A DNA stretch of 39,558 nt from Folioceros fuciformis (lineage: Eukaryota). The notes under the pieces are model-generated. The model had not been told where the DNA came from. It worked only from the letters and a program-made list of their open reading frames with translations, and did no database searches. This document shows positions 24,001 through 35,171 of the stretch, piece after piece. The number at the start of each line of letters is the position of its first letter. The stretch's first letter is position 1. Where the stretch lies: the NCBI GenBank assembly GCA_049999805.1, contig JBNGIO010006455.1, positions 1-39,558 on the forward strand. Direction: 5' to 3'. The position numbers and the translations under genes were made by a program.

Positions 24001-26000
24001 ATGGCCAAGGAGGTGAGTTTGGATCTTTCTCACATGGATCGCCGATGGGAGGGCAAGTTGAATTTTCTCTGGGAGCGCAGTCGAAATCTCTCATGCCCTT
24101 TCCCACGCATGAAGGTTCTGCTGAAGGAGGTCAGTCAGGATCCTTCTCTCAAGGATCTCTGATTGGAGGGCAAGGTGGATTTCCTTTGAGAGGCCAGCCC
24201 AAATCTCTCATGCCCTTTCCCAGACAAGAAGGTTCTGGCCAGTTAGGATCTTTCTCTCAAGGAACTCGCTTCCCTGGATACAATGTTTATTCAGGATCTC
24301 TCTCTCAAGGAACTCTCTTCTCCGGACACGAAGGTTATGGCGAGGGTGGGCAGTCACGATCTTCCTCTCAAGGAACGCCCTTTTCCGGACATGCAGGTTA
24401 TGTTGAGGGAGGATCTCTCACTCAGGGAATGCCCTTTCCCGGACACGCAGGTTATGGTGAGGGAGCTCAGTCAGGATCCTTCTCTCACGGAATGGCCTTT
24501 CCTAGACACGTTGGTCAGGATGAGGGAGGTCGAACTGCATCATTTTCTCAAGAAATGTCCTTCCCTCGCCAGGAAGGTCAGGATGCATCTTTCTCCAGCG
24601 AGTTTCCGTTTCCTGGAGAAGTTGGTCAGGACGAGGGAGGTCGAACTGCATCATTTTCTCAAGGAATGCCTTTCCCTCGCCAGGAAGGTCAGGGTGCGTC
24701 GTTCTCCAGCGAGTTCCCGTTTCCCAAACAAGGTGCGTATGGTGACGGAGGTCGTGGTGGACCTTTCTCCGATGGTTTCCCCTTTCTCGAACAAACTGGT
24801 TACGATAATGAGGGTCAGGGTGGATCGTCGTCACAGGGGATAATGCCCTTTGGTGCTCAAGGAGCTGATGGCCTGGACGGTCCTACTGGATCCTTCTCGA
24901 CGAGAGTGCCTGTTGTTGAAGAAGGTGACCTTGATCAGAGAGGAGGGTCACTCTCTCAGGGAATGCCACCGTTTAGTGGGTTCGAAGGGCCACGTTCCTC
25001 ACGCAGGCTTCCTTTCAGTCCAAGATTTTCCTTCACTATAGGATCGCAAGGGACTCCAGTTGCTAAGAAACAGTCCTTCAGCCAAGCCCCCGCGTTGGCG
25101 CCCATGCCAAAAAACATGTGGATGTCGGCAGATCTACAGCCAGGTGGGAACCAAGGAGATGTACGCTTGGAGACCGTGAAGAGGGATCTCTCCTTTACTG
25201 ATACATCCATGGGGCCTCCGTTCCCATCGCTTGGAGCCCCCGACGGCTCAGTTAGTCAGTCGGGAAGGATGAGCACATCGCCGAAAACAAGCACGAGCAC
25301 TCCTCCCAAGCCATCCTTCGGTCAAGGTGAGTGGTCGAGAGACAGAACGCCACCAAAAGGTAGACCTCTCACTCCAACGTTGTTACCTTTCCATCAAGGA
25401 GCTCAAGGATTGGAGATGAAGGGCACGGACTTCCCAAGGATGGGCTCACCTCCTACCTTATCAAACAGTAAAGATCCTTTCGAGGGCTTCGACATGTCCA
25501 GGCGAGGCTCTCCTCCCCAGAGCATGCCCTTCACTAGTCAGACAAATCCTGGAAATCTCGATGACGGCTTCCCATCGTTTCCTAGAATGAGCACACCTCC
25601 CAAGACAAGGCAATCCAGCTCGGGACCTCCTGGACTTGGTGACGGAGAGCTGAGAGGTATTTCCTTCAGTCAGGCATTCCATGACGATGGATCTCCATCG
25701 TTTCCCAGAATGGGCACTCCTCCCAGGACAAGACAATCCAGTCAGGGACTTCCTGGAGTTGGTGACGGAGTTGTGGGCGGTATACGTCTGAAGGGTTCCT
25801 ACAGTCAATTACCTCTACGGGTCTCTCAAACAGAGTCACCTACTGCGTTGCCCTTCTCACCACCACCGCCTCTCAAGGCGATGAACCGACCTCTGAAGGC
25901 CATGCCCCTGGCCATGATGCCCATGCCCCAGAACACGACCGGAAGTACTCCAAATCCTCTGGGTGGCTTTCCCCAAGGTTTTCAAGGAGAGGACGAATGA
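21010..26000 (+). CDS. divergent TenA-HAD fusion (TH2-like thiamin monophosphate phosphatase family) with a long low-complexity C-terminal extension
   Basis: Exon 1 21010-21539 (LIDAIW...HHPFLGAVLTHNV..ELLTQYL); one or two small exons in 21540-21927 unresolved; then 21928-22121 (PFVVWISTYGEEAFQ), 22212-22802 (FATDYDCTCTVKDS, HAD motif I), 22975-23164 (HVISANWSRDLI) and 23272-26000 (VHSNDL, FDK, YLGDAQTDLLALLDADLGIVIG, LFEASGWEDV, then the tail). Domain order matches my recollection of Arabidopsis TH2. Confidence 0.85.
24010..24980 (+). repeat. coding imperfect tandem repeats (consensus ~G-S-F-S-Q-G-x-P-F-P-x-x-x-G), ~15 units
   Basis: Visible in protein and DNA; clearest 111-bp duplication at ~24511-24621 vs ~24622-24732. 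Confidence 0.9.
25560..25770 (+). repeat. 123-bp-period coding duplication (DDGxPSFPRMxTPPxTRQSSxGxPGxGDG x2)
   Basis: Two aligned copies starting at ~25560 and ~25683. Confidence 0.85.
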
Positions 26001-26541
26001 TGGAATCATTGAATAATTTGTAGAGAGCAACGAGCAAGGTGAGATCCTGGCAAACAACACTCGTAGTCTCTAATTTCAACCCTCCGTCTCTGATGTATGT
26101 CTGTCCTACAACTCATAGGGACAGAAACGATCGAACCTTCAGGGCAGTTCTGAGGACTGACAAACCAGTTCTTTGAGTGGTTGCACAGCGTTGCATTCTC
26201 ACTAACTCTAACACCACCTCATCGTGCATCAAAAATTGTCAGTTCCCTCCGAGGACTGTCTATCGCATTATCACAAACTGACCTCCATTCCATCCTGGAT
26301 GGAACTTAACAAACACGCATCCATGAAAGAAACCCCAATTCCCTATCTTCTGCTCGTGTCCCGTCTTTTGCTCCCTTCAGATCCCTGCATCTTCCCCCAT
26401 CTTGTATACCAACCAAGACAACGTAAGTAGCCTCCTTAGTCTTTTTCTATCAACCAGGAAGAGCAAGTAGCGCAACTAAAACTTAGCATGGATTCATCAT
26501 TAGCGGAGCTTGTTGTTACGGGATACTTGAAGACTTTATCG

Positions 26542-29500
26542 AAAAAAAAAAAGATGGAAGTTCCATCTACCCCGTGGAGAGGGAACAACCCGCAATGGGG
26601 AAATGCCAAGAATGGGGCCTAACCCCGTCGTCCATCTAGCCTGTAACTCCCTATCACTCTTAAGATGTCACATTCTGGTATAAGGTATGGCCTACTTATC
26701 ACAGTGGCCGTTGAAGCCGCATCCGCCGTGCTTGATGTTGTTTGAAGAATCACGTTTGCCAAGGCCTTTTGTGACGCAATCGAAACCCGTTGCTGGAAAA
26801 ATGCCACCAGGTTGGATAGGGAATGCCCAATGTTGCTTCTACTGACGTGATGGGCCTTCGCGCATGTCTTCAAAAACCTGGAAAAATGCTTACCCATGGC
26901 CCTATGCGTTTCAATGGCAAGGGGGATGAACAAGTGACCCTACTACATAGACCTGTACTTGCAAGTCTTCCTTGTCGTGCTTCCTTTTGCCGCCCAAACC
27001 GGGGGGTTGATAAAGACATGCTCACTGATGGTTGTTCGAGTGGGGTCTGTGACCACCACAACTGCTACAGAAACCTGGTACCCCTTGTACAATGAGGCAG
27101 ATGCTATATAGCAAGGTATATGGGCGCTCCTTGTAGGGGAAGAAGCCACCCTCTTTGGCCAAAGAAAACATAACGTCCCTTACTACATTATGGGTGGCGA
27201 TGCGCTGCCTGCCGATAGGGCAATACGCAAGGTGGCTCTTGGGATCGTCGAGGGGGATCCTACAGCTATAAGAAGAGAGAGACCAGGCCAACGACTGGAC
27301 CAAGCTAAGGCGGAACCTCATCACGGTAGAGAAAGAAGTTGGTGCGATTTGGAAAGCTTGGATGCATGGACGGGCCAACAGCCAAGAGCCAGAACCCTTC
27401 CCCGAACAAGATTGAAGGCATGTCCGGGCCTGCTTGTCAATAGAGGAATCTATCATGAGGGCCTGTAGCTCTTGCCCATAATGCTTTTCCATGAGGGTGG
27501 TCTAAAGCCCCCTCATACCCCCACAAAGGAAGGAGGAACCGTGCGGATGAGGTACTCGGGGCGTGTGCAAAGCATGTGGAGGGGATATTGTAGGTCACCT
27601 TTGGGTCCCCAAGCTGATGAAGGTCCTCAATGTGTGCCAAATCCTCCATCAAAGCTGCATCCACCAATTCGTAGATGAAGTTGAGGGGGCCAACAGGGAT
27701 CCCTAGGATGCGGATTCCCAACGGAGAATTGATGTTCCCCTCCGAAAATTGTAGAGATGGAGTAATACCAGATGGAGACTACATCTTACACTTAGAAATC
27801 TTGACTTTTAGGCCCAACCATAAGAGCTCTATTGAGAAAAACTCAAAGGCTTGCTTAACCTTATCCCTTGGACCCAAGAGATGGGTGTCATCGGCCACTG
27901 ATGGGAAGAGACAACCCCCTACCGCAGAAGCGGTAATTGAAAGGGCTCTAAAGTGAGCCATAGCAAAGAGAGCCCCTCATAGGGGATCCCCCTAGCGCGT
28001 ACTTGTTGCCGAGTCGAGCACTGACACCTCCTCCACTGTGGGCCCGTGTTGAAAGTAGAGATTAGACGGAGCACCATAGAAGGAACGGACAAAGAGGATA
28101 AGAGACTCCAAACGACTGCCAGCAACCTTCAGCTCATTCAAAATAGCCACCCTAGAGACGGTGTTGAAGGCATTCTTCACATCAACTTGCAAGACAACCC
28201 AATCTGGATGCAGGTCCAAGATTGCTATAACCCGAAGACCACTGCCTCACAACCCCTCGAGGTAGCAATCCCGAATTGGTGGGGGCTGAAGTGGGCCTGA
28301 AGCTGCTCTCTGAGTTGGAGAGTAATGCTGCGGCTAATGAGCCGCAAGAACGCCTTGCCCACCGCAATGGGGCGCACTCCGGGGTGGGTTTCTCCAAAGC
28401 CAGCAACCTGTCGGCACCCAAGACCATAGCAATCCAAGGGGGAGTCTCACCCCACGCCATAGCAACCGCCAAGGAAAAAAGCTCAGAGAAGCTAGTAGAA
28501 GGGTCCTCCAAAGCAAAATAGTTCCGGAGGTGGTCATAGACCGTCCCGGATAAGCCACTGGAAGAAAGTCTTGGTGCGGTGACAAGAGCTCGACCGTATA
28601 CAACCCGATCAAGGCAAAAAGGCTCCTTGGGCACAAACTGCAGAACCTCCTGAGGGATGGGATCACCTGGGCCTGGATGCAAAGCACGGAGGGCGGCAAT
28701 GGTCTCCTCCGAGGGCGATACCACCGACTCCGGCCGAAGGGCCCTAGCGGCTTTAGCAAACTCCCCTGCTCAACCTAGTAAGAGACACCTCTTGAGACTC
28801 GCCTTCACGGATCCTAATGGACCTAGTCCAACTTGATGGACTCCAACCTTGATTTCGTAGCGCAGCCGGCCTCCACTTGTAAAACCTCCTTGTCCCCCTT
28901 CCGGAACCGACGAAGGCGGGAGGCCACTTCCCTATGACCAGAAAGGCCGCCCCTGGAACGACGAAGGCAACACCTGGGAAGAAAGAGGAACAATGTCCAT
29001 GCTAACTTGTCTCGAGGGTCCGAAGCAAGGCGCTCCAATGGCAACTTGTATGTGAGTCGAACATCGTCATGCAAACACCTAGGGAGACGTCGAAACAAAC
29101 GTGGCCCCGGAAGACGGGTCTCATAAAGGGCTTGAAGATGGGGAGCCTGCGCCTACAGCTACAACCAAGATTCCTACGAAGGAGCAAGGGGCCCATCCGA
29201 AAGAGAAGTTGAAGGAGTAGCAGCAATGGAAGAAGCACCCCTGACATGTAGCTCCCAAAGGGTCCGATTAAAGCCCTTGTGTACTTTAACCAAGTGACAC
29301 CTGATCCCCATAACCCCTTTGAACAAAGGGTTGCATGAGGGACACGGGGTATCCTTGGCTGGCGTGGAAGAATGAGATGCAATAAGTAAATAGAATAGAT
29401 TGCCGTAGAGAGACCAACAGTAAACACCTTGCCGGCTCCAACCTACATGCATAATTCCGGCTTCCAACCCCGAATAACAAAACGAAAAAATATTGTGGAA

Positions 29501-29860
29501 CCAAAGCTCTCTGAAAATCTCCAAGCCAATTAGAAATTTTGAATCCCAGAAGGACCATAATACAAGGAAAATAACAAAAAGGACGAAAGATCGCCAAACC
29601 CAACTCCATCCGGATCGGAGGGCCGCAAACTGGAGTGCGACAAATCCCCCAGGGTCTGCCAAACCTAGCCCCACTGCCACGCCCAAACTGGCCCCAAAAG
29701 GAGCACAAGCCCAGAGAGAGCTGTCGAGCGCTAGCGAGCCATGGGGGCCTTGCAGTCCCCGCCCCTACAGCTACAAGCCTCTACAACCAAAGGCCCCTAC
29801 GGCTCCGCCATAACCTTCTCCCACTCCTCGCCGCTCTCGCTCACCGCTCCTACTATTGTG
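26542..29860 (-). mobile_element. decayed CRE-clade (restriction-like endonuclease) non-LTR retrotransposon
   Basis: Frameshifted single-ORF remnants in order: C2H2 finger CPSCNPLFKGVMGIRCHLVKVH (~29280-29350); RT motifs VRPIAVGKAFLRL, QFGIA..RGCE, DVKNAFNTVSR, GDP, SVADD, GIRILGIPVG; zinc knuckle ..CRIPLDDPKSHLAYC..RIATHNVVRD; endonuclease C-terminus RKTCKY, FIPLAIETH..MG, FQQRVSIASQK. The 5' boundary is approximate. Confidence 0.82.
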
Positions 29861-30132
29861 CTATATTGTATCTTATATATTCAAAACTAAAAGTCTCATA
29901 TGAAATGTTTCATGAATGTTCTTAAACGATTATGTTTTAGAGCTCTTTTATGGAATCATGATCTTTGTAAATTGCTAGTGGGTAAATGGCATCTAACTAT
30001 ATTGTATCTTATATATTCAAAACTAAAAGTCTCACATGAAAAGTTTCATGAAAGTTCTTAAACGATTATGTTTTAGAGCTCTTTTATGGAATCATGATCG
30101 TTGTGAATTGCTAGTGGGTAAATAGCATCTAA
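29861..30132. repeat. 136-bp near-identical tandem duplication
   Basis: 29861-29996 vs 29997-30132, with few substitutions (CTATATTGTATCTTATATATTCAAAAC...GGTAAAT[G/A]GCATCTAA). Confidence 0.92.
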
Positions 30133-32114
30133 CATATCCCCATTTCGTTTCATTCTTTAATATGAATTCACCTCTTGACTCTTCTTCTTTAATGGTTGGT
30201 AAAGGTCCATACGACAATATGTTTTTAAAGTCATGACCAGGCAAGCTCATCTTTGTCTCAACATGTGATCTCGTATTACTTCTGTCATCAAGAAGCAAAT
30301 ACTCTAGGTTTTCTTCATTCTTGACTCCACAAATAAAGCATTTCAAGAATAGAGCTTGCATTGTTCTTTTGATGTTGTTATAGTATTGGTTCCAAAACAT
30401 GTGAGTGAGCAAAAAATTCTTACAGCTAGAAGAACTAGTTTCAATTAGATAATTTTTTTGTATTCTAGTTATTATGCTTGTGTTGTGGATAGGTAAAAGG
30501 CCACTTCTTGTAGACAACATTCCAATTGGTTGCATTGTATCATTACACTTTGGCATAGTGGCACTAGCCCATATACTTTGAAAACCCATAGTTATTTATA
30601 CAAGATGGTTTTAGTATAGAGTCCTTAAGATAGACCAAGACTTTGGTTTTAATGTGTACATGCCTTTGCAATTTATGCTCTTACTACTAGAATGCAAACG
30701 ATAATACAATATGTTTTGCCACACCCAAGTGACGAAACATAATTACATGAATCTTAAGAACATTTGGAGGCAATGAGCAGGCACACACATGTCCTTGAGT
30801 AGGTATAATTACCTAAATCTTGAGAACATTTGAATGTCATTGCCTGTAAAGTTAGAAAGTGTGGTTGTCATATGGACCCAAGCATACATTCCCACAAAGG
30901 ACACAATACACATGCCAGACTCTAAGGCTCAAATCTGGCATTATCATAGCTCTCACCACGCGCATCCGACATCACGAGACGTTCCTATAGCTCTTTCATG
31001 CTCATTCATCGTCCTTGATTGAGACGCATTTCCTATCCCCTAAACATGTTTGTTTGTGCAAGCCTATGATTAAGGCACACTTAGTTTGCAATGGAATTTG
31101 AGCCGGTATTCCATGTTGCTCTCCATGTCACACAACCACTTGGGGGGACCCACGGGATGTCCGGCTTTGAAAGGCATGTCATCTTTTTGTCTACTCGATT
31201 TCTCCAAATGAGTCAAATGCTTTTTTATCAGTCTATGCGCAGTCGCCTGGTTGCGATCAAAGATGAAGGAGATATGAACCGAAGAAGCTTTTGAAAGGCA
31301 GTTCACATTTTGTGTGCCTGGCTGTCTCCAGAAGAGTAAAATCCTCCCCTATCATACATCGATGAAAAGCTTACAATGAGACGGACAAGCCGGTATGGAG
31401 GCTACTTGGCTTCGATCAAGGACAATAGAGCTACTACGGAAAGCTGCCTTTGAAACAATGATCACAGTTTCCAAGTCACTACTTTTTTTTCTTCTTCCTT
31501 GGCACTTCATCAAACCCTTTAACCGTTGCAAATTGTTTGAACCTTCATTCGCAGGCAGCTCTTGTAATGGCATTTGTAAGGGTCCTGGACAAGGCAGACG
31601 AAGCTAGGTGTTGTAAGCGTAATTGGCGCATGGTTTAGTATCGCTGATGCCCGCACCGCCACACCGCGCAGTGTTGGTGTACACAACGGGTTCAGCTCAC
31701 GGACGGAGGATGAGAACTGGTAAGGCCGCATCGTTGGGCGAAACGGAATGGCTTTTGGCTCTAGCCGTAAGGCCTGGCACAACCGTACCGCACGGGCTGT
31801 GGGTATCAACTTCCATAGGGTATCGATGTGTAGGCTAACGAGAGACGCACTCAAACGTCGTCTATGGACATGGCGGTCACGACACAATGGGGCCTTGGAG
31901 GTGGGTCCCACCACCTCGGGTGGAGTGTGCCTTTGCTTTGCACGGAGGATTAGGCTGCGGCCTCCTCCTCACCTCTGTATCTCTCATCGTCTCCATCTCT
32001 CGATGCCCCTTTCTGGAGGCCCCGCAAGGGCTGCACCGTCCTTTCTACAGTGTACCCGTGCGCTTGCCATGCAGCTGCATCCCTGTTTGATTCGGACGGC
32101 GTGCTCTTCGGACT

Positions 32115-32560
32115 TCCTCCTGCAGTCATCACCAGCTCAGGATATTAAGTACGGAGAGACCTCCCCAACCCATCTCTCCACCTACATCTCTGAAGTTCTT
32201 GCCTCGACCTTTCAAGGTTGTCCTGGCCATGATGCGAATGCCCAAGAATATGGCCACAAACTAAGTGCCCCGGACCCTCTGGTTGGCTTTCCTGGGATCT
32301 CAAGTTGAGGACGAATGATGGAGTCGTGTTTGTGTGATGTGTGCACAACGTGAGATCCCAGTAAACCGAAATTTTCCCTTGTCAGTTGAGACGTATTTAT
32401 TTCTCCACCTCGGGGTCGAGAACATGTCTTTCCTACAACTCATAACAAAAAAAACGATCGGACGTTCTGGGAAGTTCCGACAACTAACAAGCCCATTCTA
32501 ATCAGAGTCGTAACAAATCGTTCCATTCTCAGTAACTCAACACCATCTCATCGTTCACGA
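32115..32560 (+). pseudogene. decayed duplicate of the 3' end and 3' UTR of the TH2-like gene (copy of ~25800-26230)
   Basis: PTSLKFLPRPFKVVLAMMRMPKNM vs PPPLKAMNRPLKAMPLAMMPMPQN; the same GAGGACGAATGATGGA stop context (32307 vs 25989); shared UTR blocks TCCTACAACTCATA, AAACGATCG, CATTCTCA.TAACTC, ACACCA.CTCATCGT; stops and frameshifts present. Confidence 0.8.
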
Positions 32561-32749
32561 ACCTAACAAATGTGCTGGAAAAATACGCGACCATGAAAGA
32601 ATTGAGGAGTCATCTAATTTTGTTGATTGCATTGAGATCTATTTGATACCATAGGGCAAGCAATCTGAAGCTGTTAGACAGAGTTCATGAAGTAACCCCA
32701 ACCTTAATAGCTCGTCCACCCACTGTTAGTCTTCCGCCCCTTTAGCAAA

Positions 32750-34677
32750 TCATCTTGTTACCTTGTAAGACTGCAGCAAATGCAAACGAATGCACCTGCG
32801 TTAGTGTTGAGTGCCAGCTAGTTGAGAAACCAAGTAGCGTGGAAAAACAAATCGAGACCGACCTTCACTTTTGCCAAAAGATCCTTTGCGTGCTTGTCAT
32901 TCTGGAAATGGTCTCTCACGGGCTGAAGTACCCGACAAAATATTAGAATCTCGTAATGTCAAACAAGCATACAGGTTCAGGGACTTTGATACGACACCTG
33001 AAGAATATCGTTGAGTGCCTTGGCAAGCGCCGGTTTTACATCGCCAGGATGCAAAAGGCCAGCTTCATAATCATTTTTCATCTCTTCAATGGTTTTGTAG
33101 GTCCTGGAGACGGTGCAAGGACACTGTTCAGCATGTGCCCAAAGTTATAGAACTAATTCACAACAGAAAGGATGGGGACGAGAAAGAAACCTACTTGTTA
33201 CCACCATAAGCTTCAGGACGCACCACAGAAAATGCACCAAACCATGGGATAACAATGTACTGAATGTACTCCAGGCAGGGATTTCCCTCGAAAACACTTG
33301 GGGGGCAGTAAGCTTTCTTGATTTTTGCGTTGACCTCGTCCTGTCAACCATTTCACAGTTTCAGAGGGTCGGCAACAACTCATAACAATATCTGATCGGT
33401 TTTGCTCCACTGGAACGACGACAAGCAGACAGTCCATCGAACTTCGTACCACTGTGTCTTCCATGAATATGGCAGAGTTGGGATCACTTTTTGACATTTT
33501 CTCTTGTCCTTGGAGTAAGCCAGACAACATATCTAAGAAACCAATTAAGTCCACGGACCAACCTGCGGGAAAAGCTGTCAACTAAGTGAAACACAAGACT
33601 CAGGAGTGAGGATACGATGTGAAAGGATGATGGGTTTAAATTTCTTTTTGATGAGGTCGCAGTACTCCCGAGCAAGGACATTCACTTTGCGCTGGTCTAC
33701 GCCAAGCTGACAAATGTCTGCCTGGAGGAACAAGAAACACACAACACTGGGCAAGATGTCAAACATGTAGGGTCAGCAAGCGAAAGACAGACACAAAAGG
33801 CGACTAACCTGAAGAAAGAAGATATCAGCACATTGCATACAAGGGTACATGATCTGTGCACCAGACAGGCTGTCTTGGTCGCTCCTCCCCATAATTTGAG
33901 AACATCTGGGCGTACATGGCGTTGTAGAACACCTCTTGAGGTCGCAATCGACAAGGAATCTCAACATCAGATGCACAGATAGCCTGAAGATACCTCGTAA
34001 GACGGTCCAATGAGTTCTTTCGAGCTATATCCATAACCAGTGGCCAGTAGGTTGTGCTTGAATTGATTTCATCCGAAGACCACAGGAACTTTACCCTTTC
34101 AAGATTCATTCCAACTGCTTTCCAAACTTCAATAAAGTACTGCCCAGTTATCTTGATTTTGTTTAGATCTCCTCCCAACTTGTTGTTTAGGAACGCGTAA
34201 TAATCAGCAATCCAAAATTTGAAGATGCAGCCTGCTTTCGTCAACTTGTTGACATTCAAGGCTTTCATCACTCCCTGTTCTTCACAAAACAAACAGCCAT
34301 CTTGTCACATGCTGATTTTCCAACTAAAATGCAACCATCATCACCTCCGACTCAGCAAACAAAACACCATGCTCCAAGCACCTGCGCTATGTGCATCCTG
34401 CCAGAAGGCTCAAAGCCATCGTAACAGATGGGCTCCTTCTTCATTTCCAGAAGCTTCAAGAGCTCCTCGTCCTTGATGCATTCCTCTCCCACGCTCCGCA
34501 CCAAGTCATACTTCTCTTGCAAGGTCAACCTGGACAAAGCAGCTGGGATCACACTCCCATCTCAACACACGCAAGCATCAAGCGCGCAAAAATGGAGGAT
34601 CTATCCTCGTACTCAGGTCGAGGACTTGAAGATTCCAGCGTCAAGTTCCCCACGGGATGCTCCAACGTATCCGCCAT
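32750..34677 (-). CDS. TyrRS: tyrosine--tRNA ligase, cytosolic type, ~370 aa, 10 exons
   Basis: Exons 34677-34613, 34529-34382, 34274-33994, 33905-33809, 33721-33616, 33532-33450, 33340-33195, 33103-32998, 32922-32863, 32770-32750; all GT-AG and phase-consistent. Motifs YDGFEPSGRMHIAQ, YPCMQCADIF, QLGVDQRKVN, KMSKS, LHPGDVKPAL; ends SYKVTR. Confidence 0.95.
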
Positions 34678-35171
34678 GAGTGCACTCAAGCAAGCTGAGA
34701 AACGGAGCCCTACATACAGCCCAAGGAATGCATGAGCCGACTACTACTCGTCTTGAGACCTCCTAAATGAGGCAATCTTAAACAGAACAGGGAGGAGATC
34801 TACCTGTGTATCAACGTGTTAAACTATGTCTTATCTCGCTGAGAAATGTCGATCGCCTCCCTGATCCGCGATCAAAGAGCGTCTTTGAACGATAGCCACA
34901 ACAACAACGAGTCCAGTAGGGTGGGAGAATCACCATGGATTCTTACTTATTTACTTATTTTACTTATTTAAGTGTTTGATCATTAACTTGCGGGATCAGG
35001 TGAATATTTAATAGCAAAAATATTTTACTGAAAACCAAATATCACATAAATACGAGAAAAGACCTGTGGATATGCTATCGGACAGTACAATTCAACATTT
35101 TTCGTCGCTGTCGGATAACTAGTGTTCTTAAACCCTGATTCTGCCGGAGAAACAGAATCGAATCCCATGCC
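34678..35171. promoter_or_regulatory. probable bidirectional promoter (494 bp between start codons)
   Basis: Divergent ATGs at 34677 (-) and 35172 (+); AT-rich core with TTACTTAT repeats at ~34943-34970. Confidence 0.55.

Noticed and set aside
24010-24980. Idea that the repeat tail is an EPYC1-like Rubisco linker for a pyrenoid
   Set aside because: The repeats are Gly/Phe/Ser-rich without the helical W/R-type Rubisco-binding motif, the N-terminus is acidic rather than transit-peptide-like, and the host identity is unconfirmed.
19700-26500. TPP riboswitch in or near the thiamin-related TH2-like gene
   Set aside because: I found no CTGAGA ... CCTGA ... TAATxCCxGCGxAGGGA arrangement by eye in the introns or UTRs. 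An Infernal search with RF00059 would be decisive.
30092-31600. 165-aa and shorter minus-strand ORFs in AT-rich DNA
   Set aside because: No family motif recognised; probably decayed repeat sequence. A BLASTX or HMM search is needed.
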